Positions 1 through 11,144 of a stretch of 64,000 nucleotides of DNA are shown here, piece by piece. Source of the stretch: Podarcis gaigeae. Lineage: Eukaryota. Position 1 is the stretch's first letter; every line of letters starts with the position of its first letter. The position numbers and the translations under genes were made by a program. The notes beneath the pieces were generated by a model, which was given only the letters and a program-made list of their open reading frames with translations, made no database searches and had not been told where the DNA came from. Where the stretch lies: the NCBI GenBank assembly GCA_964106915.2, contig OZ066921.1; one strand, given 5' to 3'.

Positions 1-272
1 GCCCAATCCTTAACAGAGCCAGGACAACATCCTACCTTTGGTTCTCAAGTGACACAGCTGACCGCAGCTGAAGGGCTGGTTTCAACTCAAGAAGCTTAAT
101 GCTGGTCTGGCCTTCCCACAGCTTTTATTACTGGTCCCACTAGAGTGGAAGTTGGTGATCATTGGGTGATCATTGGGACTGATAGGATAGAAGGGAGGAT
201 AATCAACAGCAGGCGAGGCCAGAGCCAACTAATTCCAGGTTTGCCCCCTGCTGAAGTATATATGGTGTGACA
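1..272 (-). mobile_element. LTR-like element (5' part of a probable solo LTR), truncated by the window edge
   Basis: The minus strand starts TGTCACAC at 272, then has two tandem CCCAATGATCA (CCAAT) motifs and a TAATAAAAG TATA/polyA-like box (121-129), a layout typical of an LTR U3. The 3' CA end is not visible. Confidence 0.4.
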
Positions 273-546
273 GCACTGAGGCTAAGAAGGAGGAAGCCGA
301 CAACCAGTGCTGTTAAGTAAGAAGGCAGGACTAGCTATGGGGCAGGCTGAAGTTGGTGGGGCAGTGCCCCATTTGCCTTAATGAACCAGCCTTTGTTGCT
401 TAAAAGATGGGAACAAAGGAACTTGATGGAACTTTGCATATTTAAAATTAAGGTGGATTTGCATCCTGGAAGCTGTTCCTACATGGCTCCTGATCCATAT
501 CCAACAAAACCAACCTCAGAGCTGAGAGACTGGTGAAAAGAGGAAG

Positions 547-575
547 AAAGAAAAGAAAAGAAAAGAAAAGAAAAG
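547..575. repeat. (AAAAG)n microsatellite
   Basis: Read directly from the sequence. Confidence 0.9.
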
Positions 576-1343
576 CAAGCAGAGAGAGTGAACTCAAAGT
601 AAACTGAATCACAGGAGTCAATATTGATGGGTTGATTTTTCCAGACCCAAGCTTGTAATGCCATTCCACATCAGGAAGGTTGCAAAGAGTTCTCCAGGGA
701 ACACAGATGACTCACTTGGGAACCTTTGTGCTATAGTCAGGCGCCCACGAACAAATGCTGCTCCCACATGGTCTCGGGATTAGAAACCATCAGTAAGAGC
801 TGTTGCATAAGCCTTTCTAGTGCTCATCATGCCATTGCTGATGGGTGGCCAGAAGCTGTCTTAGATAGACAAGAAGGCTTGGCAAGTAAGCAGCTTACCC
901 TCAACAGCATCCTGGTCCAGGGTAGAGGGGAAGGGGGCAGCACTACTGAAGGAATCCTGTTAACTGCTAAGTTTTATACATGCTAATTGCAACAACAATA
1001 AATCTACTGCTATAAAATACTTGGGCTTCCAATTAGCATCACTTCTGTCTTGCCTGGAATTCAGCCTCAGTTTCCCTGCCTGTATCCAACTGATCACAGC
1101 CACTGCTGTTGCTCTTGGTTGCCTAGCTAAAATATGCAGCACTGGGAGTCATCAACACTCTCCCCCACAGTTTCATGTAAATGTTTAAAAAAGAGCCCTG
1201 GTGGCAATATAAGACCCCTGTAAAAACTCTACACCTCTTATCTCCGGAGGAGAGTAAGCTGCCACCCCAAGATGGAATCTAGTCCAGGTCATTTCCACAC
1301 TGATAACTAAGATGACAAAAGAAAAGCTTCATATTATGCTTTA

Positions 1344-1420
1344 GTTGAGATTCTTGCATTGCAGGCGGTTGGACCAGATGACTCTTAGGGTCCCTTCCAA
1401 GTCTACAATTCTATTCTGTG
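1344..1420 (+). mobile_element. CR1 LINE 3' end fragment
   Basis: ttgcaggcggttggaccagatgactcttagggtcccttccaagtctacaattctattctgtga matches the CR1 3' terminus with its ATTCT(A/G)TG tail. Confidence 0.75.
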
Positions 1421-1668
1421 AAGAACGTTTCCAAAAATGTAGCAGCGCAGAATTTTATCAGTGTATCAGCGAGGCAGAGGTTTGCCTAAGGCCCCTCAAG
1501 GACTTTAATGTCCAAGCTGAAACTCCAGCCAGAATGTTCCTGATCCTCAGCTCATCATTAGAAGTGTTTAAGCAGAATAAACCTAAAGTGGTTCTGATTC
1601 CCAAACTGGAATCTAGAAGGCATAAAGCAGCAAAACAACATATTTCAACACCCAAGGCTGTAATTTAC

Positions 1669-1910
1669 CTTATAGCATCTCCTTGCCAAACAGGAGGCTG
1701 GATGCTGCTTTGCCCAGCCTGCTCTGCCTCCTGCTGCAAACTACTTCTGACTCTCTTCTCCTCCTCAAACCGCATCTTGGCATAGTAGATGAGGAAAGGC
1801 AGAAGGTCACAGATCTCTTGCTTGAGGGAAGATGTCTCTTCAGCCAGCCAGGCCCCAAGGATTCGAACAGAGGCAAAGATGAAAGGGTCATCCAGCTTCT
1901 TTCGCCCTAC
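1669..1910 (-). CDS. NCDN: Neurochondrin coding exon (VGRKKLDDPFIFASVRILGAWLAEETSSL...WQGDAIR), 242 nt
   Basis: Carries the conserved NCDN motif FASVRILGAWLAEETSSL. Acceptor tcccacag|GTA at 1910, donor AG|gtaaat at 1669, phase 0 in. Downstream exons lie outside the window. Confidence 0.95.
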
Positions 1911-2491
1911 CTGTGGGACAGAGAAAGCAGTCACAAACATGTTGTAAATCAGTGAGGCTGGGTTGAGTGACATTGTGAGCCAGACAAAGGAAAGTGAGCA
2001 TGTACCATCTGTTAAATCCAAGCTGATAAGCCGCAGAGCCTGCAGGACCACAAGCACTTCAGCTACTTGGCCAAAACAGCAATCTGGGGAAGCAGTAGAT
2101 TCTTTCGACCTTTTCCACCATCCTTGATGGATTTCAAAGGCCTTGATTGACTCCCAGTTCAGTCTTCCCTACATAAACAAAAGTTAAGGCAGCCCCTGTT
2201 TCAGAGCTCTTTGCCCTGCTGTGTTATTCAGAACTTCCACATTTTCATTTAGTCCAGGGACGCCATTTCTATCTCCCCCTTTCCTCCTCTGCTCCTTGTC
2301 CTGTACTATGGTTCATTTCCCTCAATACTAGTTTGGGCGTTCTACCCACAAGAATTGCCTCACTTGGACACCAGATGACTCCTACCAAACTCATAAAGGG
2401 TCCGAGGTTAATAGTAAGACTATTAACTGCTTCCTGAACTCCTGAGGGAGGCAGCCTTTAAGATTGGAAGATTTTGGGAGTCTTACTATAC

Positions 2492-3469
2492 CTGTCTCAA
2501 GTAGTGTATGACAGCCCCGAAGGCTTCCTCCAGGATCCCCACCAGCTGCACTTTCTGCGTCTCCAGCAGCAAAGAACCTTTCTCTTTTGTGCACTCCACA
2601 ATTGCCGTCTCCATCAGAACGTAGCAAGCAGCCATCAGCTCCTGCTTCTTGTCCACCTCTGCCAGATCCAGCTCCTCCAGAGTCAGGCGGACTTCGACAC
2701 ACGCCAGGTTGGACAGCAAGGCAAAGAACTTGCTGCCAGCACCCCCTCCTTGGATCCACTCTGAGCCACAGGCTTGTGACAGGCAGGCTGCCAGCTTCAA
2801 GGCAGGGTCCCGCTGGGAAGTGCTCAGCTTGCTGGTCAGGATGCTAGCCAGGCCTCGGTAGAGGGGCAGGAGGCATTCGGCGTTGGGCGAGAGAAGGGGA
2901 GGGATGAAGCGGGGCAGCACTTCACACAGCTGGAATTTGGTCATGTCTTCAGCCTTCTGGAATTCTAGACCAAGTACATTCAGCACCCCCATGAGGTCAA
3001 CAGTGGCTCTCTGCCAGCACTTTGCTTCGGCTGCGATCAGAAGCCCCACAAGCAGCTTAAAGGCCTGATCAAAGCCATAGCCATGCTTCACATAAGCCCT
3101 GCACAGTGCTGGGACAGTGCCCCTGTTCACCAACTCTCTGGGACCCTTTGGAGTGGCCATGATAGCCCTGAGGCACTGATAAGCATCATCAATCATGGCA
3201 TTACAGGAAGCATCTCCTGGCTTGCAAGTTGAAATCACATCATTGAAAACCGGGATTTTGTTAAGGACCTGGGGATGCCGGGCTAAATCTGGATCGGTGC
3301 AGAAGCAGGCCAACAGGGTGAGGCCCAGGGCTTGGAATGTGTGCTGTGTGCAGCCCTCAGGGGCATCCTTAGACGTCAGAAGCCTGTTTGGGAATGTGAA
3401 ACCAACCGCGTCAAAGATCCTCCGGCGGGTTTTGGAATTGATTTCTCCAGCTTTTGCTGCTTTGGTCAC
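2492..3469 (-). CDS. NCDN: Neurochondrin large coding exon ([31 protein letters not shown]...AVIHYLRQ), 978 nt
   Basis: ORF 2486..3517 is clearly homologous to neurochondrin. Acceptor ccttcag|GTG at 3469, donor CAG|gtatag at 2492, phase 0/0. Confidence 0.97.
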
Positions 3470-3868
3470 CTGAAGGATAAAATCAGGAGGCATCAGAAGC
3501 GTGCAGTTTTGTGACATGGCTTGACTGAGCTAGCTGTTTCCCTTCCTCAGCTATAATTGCTTACTAGATCTCCCCCTCCCTAAGTTCCTCTTGCATGCCA
3601 CAGACATGGAAGGCTTTGCTCTTTCCTTGTTACAAGGATCTGGGTCCATCTTAAGTCTACAGGACAAGAGTGGATGCTATTATCTAGCCCAAGTCCTTAT
3701 CTTAAGCAATTATTAGTAATTATGACTGTCATTTTACAGGTAGAAAACTACTGATCACCCACCCAGTTAGCCAACTACCATGAACAGCTGGATTCAAAAA
3801 GCTTATCTTCATTCCCAAATTTGCTTCCAAAGCAGTCTATTCCTGCCAGTGCAAGGCCATATTCTTAC

Positions 3869-3994
3869 CAGAAGCAGAGCAGCAAACTGTTCGCTATCGT
3901 TGCTTGCATCTCTAAGCACATTGAGACATCTCTCCAGTGTAGGATTCTTGCTGCTCTCACCATCATCAGGGACAATTCCCGAATTTGAAGCCAT
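3869..3994 (-). CDS. NCDN: Neurochondrin first coding exon (MASNSG...[26 protein letters not shown]); exon starts at 4004
   Basis: [17 protein letters not shown] motif. ATG at 3994 in atcATGg context, acceptor gtacag|AGC at 4004, donor CTG|gtaaga at 3869. Confidence 0.93.
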
Positions 3995-4573
3995 GATGTC
4001 AGCTCTGTACATAAAGACCACCATTGTTTTATACAGCAGGATAGACAAAAGATCACCTATCACATTGACACTGGATAGACCAAGTTCCCCTACAGCAGTG
4101 GCTGCTGTTACTGGCAAAGACACAATGCTCATGCCTAGCATGTTAGCTCATGCTATAAACAGGGAAGAACCCAAAACTTACTGAGCTTTCAGGATTCCCA
4201 AGTTTTAAGGCAGCTAATGGTAGCACAGTGTAGTAGTTAAGAAAGACTGAGCTATGAAGCTTGATGCTTACTGGGATACCGCAGTAAGATCAGTAAAAGT
4301 GATGGGCAAGCTTCCTGAAAAAGCATCTTGCCTTGATGCTTTTGCAGGAATAGGCAGCTGTGGTAACGTACACATTCTTAGCAGGCTATGATATCTAATA
4401 GGCCTAACTAACACTCCAAATGAAGTCACTTTAGATCTGAGGTTGCCAGCATGACAGTGGTGCATACAATGGAACCCTTGAGGCCATCGCTTTCACATCG
4501 CATTCACAAAAAATCCAAGACCCCACCCTCTCGCACTGCAACCTTTGTCCCGAGAGAGAGTATGGGCAATTAC

Positions 4574-4667
4574 CTTCTTTTCCTCTTAGAAAGGTAGAGT
4601 TGGATGAAGAATCGAGACAAAGTGATGATCTTTCACCTCTATATGATTCTTAAGGTCAGAACAGCAC
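4574..4667 (-). other. NCDN: Candidate NCDN 5'UTR exon (94 nt)
   Basis: Long pyrimidine tract with ggccag| acceptor at 4667 and AAG|gtaatt donor at 4574. No ATG inside. No transcript evidence. Confidence 0.4.
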
Positions 4668-5334
4668 CTGGCCAGGTGAACAGAAAGCAGAGTGATGAAA
4701 ATGGGGGGGGGGCAGAGTCAAGGGAAGAAGGGGGAGTGCTGCAGGAGTCAGGTGGGGTGGGGATATAGAGCAGGCACCTGTTTTGTGGTGCTTGCAAGCA
4801 CCAAATCTGTGGTTTCTACTGTGCCAATGCAAACTTTAACTTGATGGTGGTTGGGGGGGCTCTGAGCAAAGCAATGCAAATTCAAGATACATTGCAGTTT
4901 TGCTTGATTTGACTTTACCCACACCCTATGTAAAAACAAAAAACCTGTGTGCACACTTGCTCTCTTTTATGTAGGAACCTCCAGGGGAGGGGAGAAAGAA
5001 TGCAACTAGAAGAGGTGGTATCCATTCAAAATTGCAAACGTGCCGGTGGGCTCAAAAAGGTAGGCAATGTCAGCTTTAGACCATGCCCAAAATAGTGATG
5101 AGGAACCTATGGTCTGCCACATGTTGCTGGGACTCCAACGCTCACCATCTTCAAGTGCCAGTAAAGGCAAAGAGGGAGGATATCCATCTTTGGGTTTGGA
5201 CAGTCAGCTTTCCATAGTTATCTACTCTTGCCAAGTGCCAGGGTAGATTCTCTCAGAGATTTTTTTAAATGGCAATTGCTCTGAAATATTCATCTTCTCT
5301 CTCATGCGCTTGTAGGTTTAAGAAGGCAGTTAAA

Positions 5335-5465
5335 AAACCCTAAAGTACCCAAAAAGCAAGGCTGTGGTATTTGGAAAGAGACACCAGAAACTCTAACTGT
5401 AAACATATGAGTAACTGATTGACCTAAGAGGTGAATTTAAATGCCTAGAAATTCAGAATTCAGTT
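5335..5465 (+). mobile_element. Decayed LINE reverse-transcriptase fragment (RTE-X-like)
   Basis: Translates as KSKAVVFGKR...EFKCLEI, resembling the KTKxMVFGK...FKYLG RT motif, with stops. Confidence 0.35.
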
Positions 5466-8400
5466 TAATGATACATTTTCTTGGGAAATTTGTAGAGAGA
5501 TGTTTCAGCTTCTACAACTTTGGACACCATATTAAACTGTTTTTGTATAGAAAGGGGTGTTCTAATAGACCCTGCTTTAAAAACAGGTTTCAAAACAAGG
5601 TAATGACTCAGATTTTTTATAGGGCTGATTTTGTATAGGGCTGAAGTATCTATTGTCGACTGAAGAGTGGCTCCCTGCAAGGATTAATGAGAGGCAATTT
5701 CTGCGTTGCTAGGAAATGTGTGCACTTTAATTTTTAACTTCTATAAAAAACGTTATGCTCTTTATTTGTTAGTACTGCCACGGAAGGTGTGCTGGTTGTA
5801 TCATTGCTAATAATTGATTGAACTGAAAATGTTTATCCAAGCTGATTCTGGTTGATATAGTTCAGCTCACTGATGTTAACTGATACATGTGCTTGATCAT
5901 TTATAATTAGTTTAGAATGTTATAATATCCATATCATCAAAAGTGATCTATTTTTTCGGATTGGCATATTCTGTTTTGAAATGAGTTAGCATTTAGACTG
6001 TTATAGTAATGATGCATGTGTTTTTTTCCTGTGTTTTTTGCTGTCACATTGGGAGCTGCTTTGGGCAAACGTGTGCAGAAGCAGCATACACAATGGAATA
6101 ATAAATAAAGTACGGGGCTGGGATGTTTCCCAAATGTTGAAGCTGGAATCTTTACAGAACAGTTTCTTGAAGAAATTGTTGGCTCTGTCCTACTACTCCT
6201 AATTCATTCAGAAATACAACTTTCTTCAGTCTCATCCAGTAACCATAATGCTATAATTTATTGTTATAATTATGGACAATTCTTCAGATAGATTTAACAG
6301 ACTTTTAGTGTCGGCAGCTTCAACTCTCTGGAACCGATGACCAGCTGAAATCACACAGATGAAGTCATACAGATGCCTAGCATGGGGCTGTGTAGGCGCC
6401 TTCTGAAGACATTTTTGTTTAGGAAGGCTTTCCCCAAGGTGTAACCCAGTCATTTATGAAAGATAAATTTTATACCTGGTAAAAGGTTTCTGTTGTTTTT
6501 AAGTTTATGCTTCTGTGTTTCGTTCTGTTTTTACGCTTTATGTCGCAGTCTATAAATTTGTTTACTAAAACGAAAATCTGTCTAAATTGATACTGAATTG
6601 CAAGGACTGGGTTTCCAGATATCAGAAGATACTCAGATCTTAATATGTTTCTACATACACTTTGGTCAGCTCAAGAGAGATGTCAATCTCATCTGATAAA
6701 ATTAATGCTCTAAGGTAAAGAATTACCATGGTAGAGTAAAAAAAATGACCATGGTAGAGTTGCCAGTTTGGTTAAGTCTTACATCTGCTAAACTCAGGCA
6801 AAGCTTTTCTGGCTCAATGTAGATACTTTCATGCAATCACTACTTTTAATTCTGTTCTTTATGCCTGGAATCCTGTTTTAAGGATTCTAGATACTATTTT
6901 ATTGGGATTACACACAAACAAAACCATCCTAGAAAACATACATTGTCTATTGCCAGATATCATCATCATTAATTACTTGCTTTTCACTAGAAAGTCCAAG
7001 GCAGGGTTCCACTAATGTAAAGTGCAACATCAAAAAGAGTTTATAACAATTTACTATCATAACTAGAGTAGGCCTAGAAATATAGGGATGTGGGTAACTA
7101 AGTCCTGCTAAAAGTAGATCCAGTGAAATTAATAAACTTAAATTAGCCATTTCTATTAACTTCAATAGGTCTGTTCTGAGTAGTAAAAGAATGAATACGA
7201 CACATTTTGTTATTGTAGTTTTTGGACAACAACAACAATTTATTCTAGAGAATAATCTTTTGGAGAATATTCTCAATTAATGAGGTGTGCACATTTAAAG
7301 CAGCTGTGTAGATGACACAGAATTTACAGTTTTTGGAGAATATTCTCATCTCACATCACTATGGACAAGGATAACTTACATTCGTTAATTTCAATGGGTC
7401 TACTCTGAGTAGGACTCTGCCAACTAGAATGTCAAAGGCCAGGGTAAAGAGCTATATCGTCAGCATTCAAAGATTTATACTGTGTCTTTTTTATGTTTGG
7501 ATCTTTGCAGCAGTGAGTGCAAATAGTGCTTTCAGAGATACTGTAGCTATAAATTGTCATGGTAATGCCATGATTTGATGATAGTTTTATTATTTTACTG
7601 CATTTTCATCCCTTGTTTTTACTGTTTGTTTTTCTTGCTTTTTAAATAATTGATTCTGGCTCTCATTAAATATTTTTAGTACCTGCATTGGCAAACATGA
7701 TTTACTGTACACTCTTCAGCCTGTCTGAATTTCTGCAAAGGCCTTTGGTGATAAGCAATAAAAGTTTAATTTGGCCGACTCTCATCAGCCCTGGTCAGTC
7801 ATAAAGAATGATGGAAATTTTACTCTAGCAACATCTGCAGGGCCAAAGGCACCACATCTCTACCCTGACACACACACACAGAGAGACACAAAGATTCTGC
7901 AGTAGATTATATGGAAAACAAGTCAATTTTTGTAAACTCCTTTGAGTTTATTTGGTTCGTTCCCCCCATCAAGTGGTTTATTTATTTTTGTTTAATAAAA
8001 TTCATATATGTGGCAATAAGGCACTATATAAACCACAAAGTTACATAAAATAGACAAAGATTAGGTATTTAGACCATGAATGTTTCAAAACTACACACCA
8101 CCAAAACCACACCCAAATTTAAAACAAATTTCACGTGGGGGCAGTTTTTTGCTTGCAATCCAGATTTCCTGGTTATTTTTGAAGACTTGGCTGTACCTCA
8201 GTGAAGAAAAGAGAACAAAAAGTCTTGTGACACTTTAACAAACCAACAGATTGTTTAAGTGGTAATAGCGACATCTGCTCATCAGTAACAATGTAGCACA
8301 AGACTTGGCGGTCACATTATGTCTGCCCCCCAAAAGACAGAAATGCATGCATGCGTCTTCTTGTGTGAAAAATAAATGAATTTTTCATTAGCTGCCCTGC

Positions 8401-9399
8401 AGACATTAACTGCAGTGGGCTAGGAATGATAAAATTTCCAGTATTATTTTTCCCATCCCACAGATGGGGTGTGTATACATATCCTGTAAGCCAAAATACT
8501 CATTCAGGGCTGGAAGTGGAGGGTGGAAGAAGGAAAACCAATGACAAATCTGTAACATTGTCCATTGTTAGTATACCCAAATTGCAGATTGGGATGGGTG
8601 GGGAGGCAGGAAAATGGCTTACAACGATCCATTACTGTGATCTATGATTAGACCAGTATAGCAAGGATTCTGAGGCAGGGACCCCTGTCCTAATAACACT
8701 GCACTCCTACTATTCTAACATCTGTGGAGATTCATTACATTTATATCCCTTCTTTTCTCCAGGGTGACATGGTTTTTCCCACCTTCCCATTTCATCCTCA
8801 CAACAATCTCAATTAACATATTTCTATTCGCCCCTGCAGAACAAGCCCTCTGAAAGCCTAAAAATAAAAAAAATGTTAAACAAAAACAACTTGTCAAACA
8901 CAGGCAGCAATAAGATCTATAAAAAGCTTGGCAAAATAAGGGGACTACTTAAAAGCCACAATAGATTGGAGAAGGGGGGGGAGGCAATTTCACAAATACA
9001 GTGCCACCACTGAAAAGGCATTCTCCCTAATACAGACATCAGGCTACTGGCCTGTTTGGCCATTGTGATGGACCAGAATGCAGGACTGCTCTTAGCACCT
9101 GAGCAGGTTCATATAGGAGTAAGTGGTGTGTCAAATGCAATCCTTATCTGGATTTATGCCCCGGAGAAATCAACAGGGCATACTTCTAGGAAGGTGTACA
9201 TACATACAACTATGTGCAAGTTGAACCTTGAACCATATAAGTAACCATCTGCCTGCGTTATCTGCAATTGTTTTGTGAATTACCGTTGCCAGTTATGTAA
9301 TTATCAGCATATCTGTACTTTCTGCATTTCATTTCTCTCCGATCACACTGTGCACAATTCCTTCCTTAAACCATGTGGATATATACCTGAATTTCAGAT

Positions 9400-9545
9400 G
9401 TGCATCTAATAAAGTAGTCTTGTATCTAATAAAGTAGACTGCAGTCCACAAACACTTACGCCATAAGTGTTAGTCTTTGCCACAAGGTGTCACAAGACTC
9501 TGCTATTTTTACTGCAACAGACTAACATGGCTAACCGTCTGGAAA
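9400..9545 (+). mobile_element. Penelope-like element terminal fragment
   Basis: catctaataaagtagactgcagtccac...gttagtctt...aaggtgtcacaagactc...caacagactaacatggcta resembles squamate Penelope terminal repeats. Confidence 0.5.
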
Positions 9546-10276
9546 CGGGTAACCAACGCAACCGGTGAAAAATCGGCGAGATAAGATAAAACTGCCTAGC
9601 CCCTACAAGCATTCTGCTTCAGCTGAACTTTCTGGACAAAAAGCCCTCAGGAAACATGAAATAGCCTAGTCTCACAGGAGATAGCTAAAAAGCTTTCAGT
9701 AGGCCAGTCGCTGAGTGGGGATTTGCACCTGGGTCTACCCAGTGCAGGTCCAAAAATATTTCACTGCTTACCCTCTTCCAAGGTTGCTCACAACATATTA
9801 AAACAAAACAAAAAAAAATGTTTGCAAGCATAAAACATTTTCTGCAAACGCATCTAAACAAAATACTGAGAGCGCCGCTGCAGAAGCAGCACCAGCAGCA
9901 TAAAACAGATCGATGCTGCATTCCTAACCCCGCTTACCTTAGCGACAGCTTCATAGAATTCAGTGGGACTTACCGCCAAGCAAATCCTGCTAGGATCGCA
10001 GCTCTAGGCTCGTGCAAAAGCTGACCGGAAGTCTCCCCCAGGACACCAAACGGGAGATGCGAAATGCCACTAAACTAGGAAGACCCTGCGCGCGTGGCGC
10101 ATGCTAGAAGGCGCAGGCTCTGCCAGAGGTGCATTTGCTCCCTCCTTAATAGCGCACCCACAGACACCCACCCAAACCCTCAGCCCCTGCATACGTGACG
10201 CACTTCGCTTTTGCTCTCGTTAAAGACCACCCCCCTAATCTCCACCCGCCTCATCTCCGCAAACACCGACACTCAC

Positions 10277-10340
10277 CTTTTCCTCCAAGCGGGATCCGTC
10301 ACAGGCGCAAGAAAAACACTATATTACATCCCCTTCCCTT
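10277..10340 (-). other. NCDN: Candidate NCDN first exon (donor AAG|gtgagt at 10277; 5' end unknown)
   Basis: Consensus 5' splice site on the - strand inside the CpG island. Alternative donors at 9938 and 9974. Confidence 0.4.
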
Positions 10341-10701
10341 CTTACCTCCGTCTCACCTCCTCTCAGCCCCCGCACTTACTAGCCTCACCAGCCCACGCAC
10401 GCGCTCCTTAACCAATCAACCTCCCCCTTACTACCCCTTTCGCCAATAGCGCTTCGAGTTCATAAGACGTGCCCTAAGAAGCCACCGCCTCCATGTCAGA
10501 TATGGGCATTTTCCACCTCCTCCACAAACCCCCTCTCTTTTAAAAAAAAACAAACCGTGCTGGTTGGGGGGGCGAAACACATTGTCCCTCGCGAAAACCT
10601 CGCAATCGTAGCAACGGCGCGCGGTCTTTTCCGTTTCCGGCCAATCGAGCCCTGATTGGCTGGCCGGCCTGGCCTGCAAGGCGTACCTTTTTGTATTTCC
10701 G

Positions 10702-10704
<3 letters not shown>

Positions 10705-10740
<36 letters not shown>
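10705..10740. repeat. (GA)18 microsatellite in the promoter core
   Basis: Read directly; lies between an ETS site and the GC box. Confidence 0.95.
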
Positions 10741-10743
<3 letters not shown>

Positions 10744-10759
10744 GGGCGGGGCTAGACAG

Positions 10760-11144
10760 AGTCGAGTGAGGTGCCGCTGCTGCTGCTGCTCTAGGAATGT
10801 CGCGCTGACGTGTAAGCGTCTGTAGGCGCGTGCTGAATAGCCTCCGACACTGAGGTGTGTTGTGGTGTGTTTTTTTTGACGGGGGGCGGCTGCTGGTGAG
10901 GGAGCCTGAGGCCTACGTGGTTACCATGGTGAACGCGAGGCCTGCCGCCCAGACCTCCACCCTGAGGGGGGATGCTGACAGGGTGACGCCCCCTCCCCTC
11001 ACCTGAGCCTGTCAAGCCTACGACGACCTCCTCCGCTGCCCCCTCAACCCCACAGCCTCCCCTCCATTCCCAGTCGCGGACCCTTCGCCCCCCTCAGCGG
11101 GCAACTGAAGAGGACTCTCTCTCCGCGTCCGCCATGCACCTCTG
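10760..11144 (+). other. KIAA0319L: KIAA0319L exon 1 (5'UTR); start approximate, donor CTG|gtaagt at 11144
   Basis: Perfect consensus donor in the CpG island, downstream of the GC box. A weaker alternative donor GAG|gtgtgt is at 10854. Confidence 0.6.

Noticed and set aside
2391-3514. Several ORFs overlapping the large NCDN exon in other frames or on the + strand
   Set aside because: These are shadow ORFs of GC-rich coding sequence with no independent signals.
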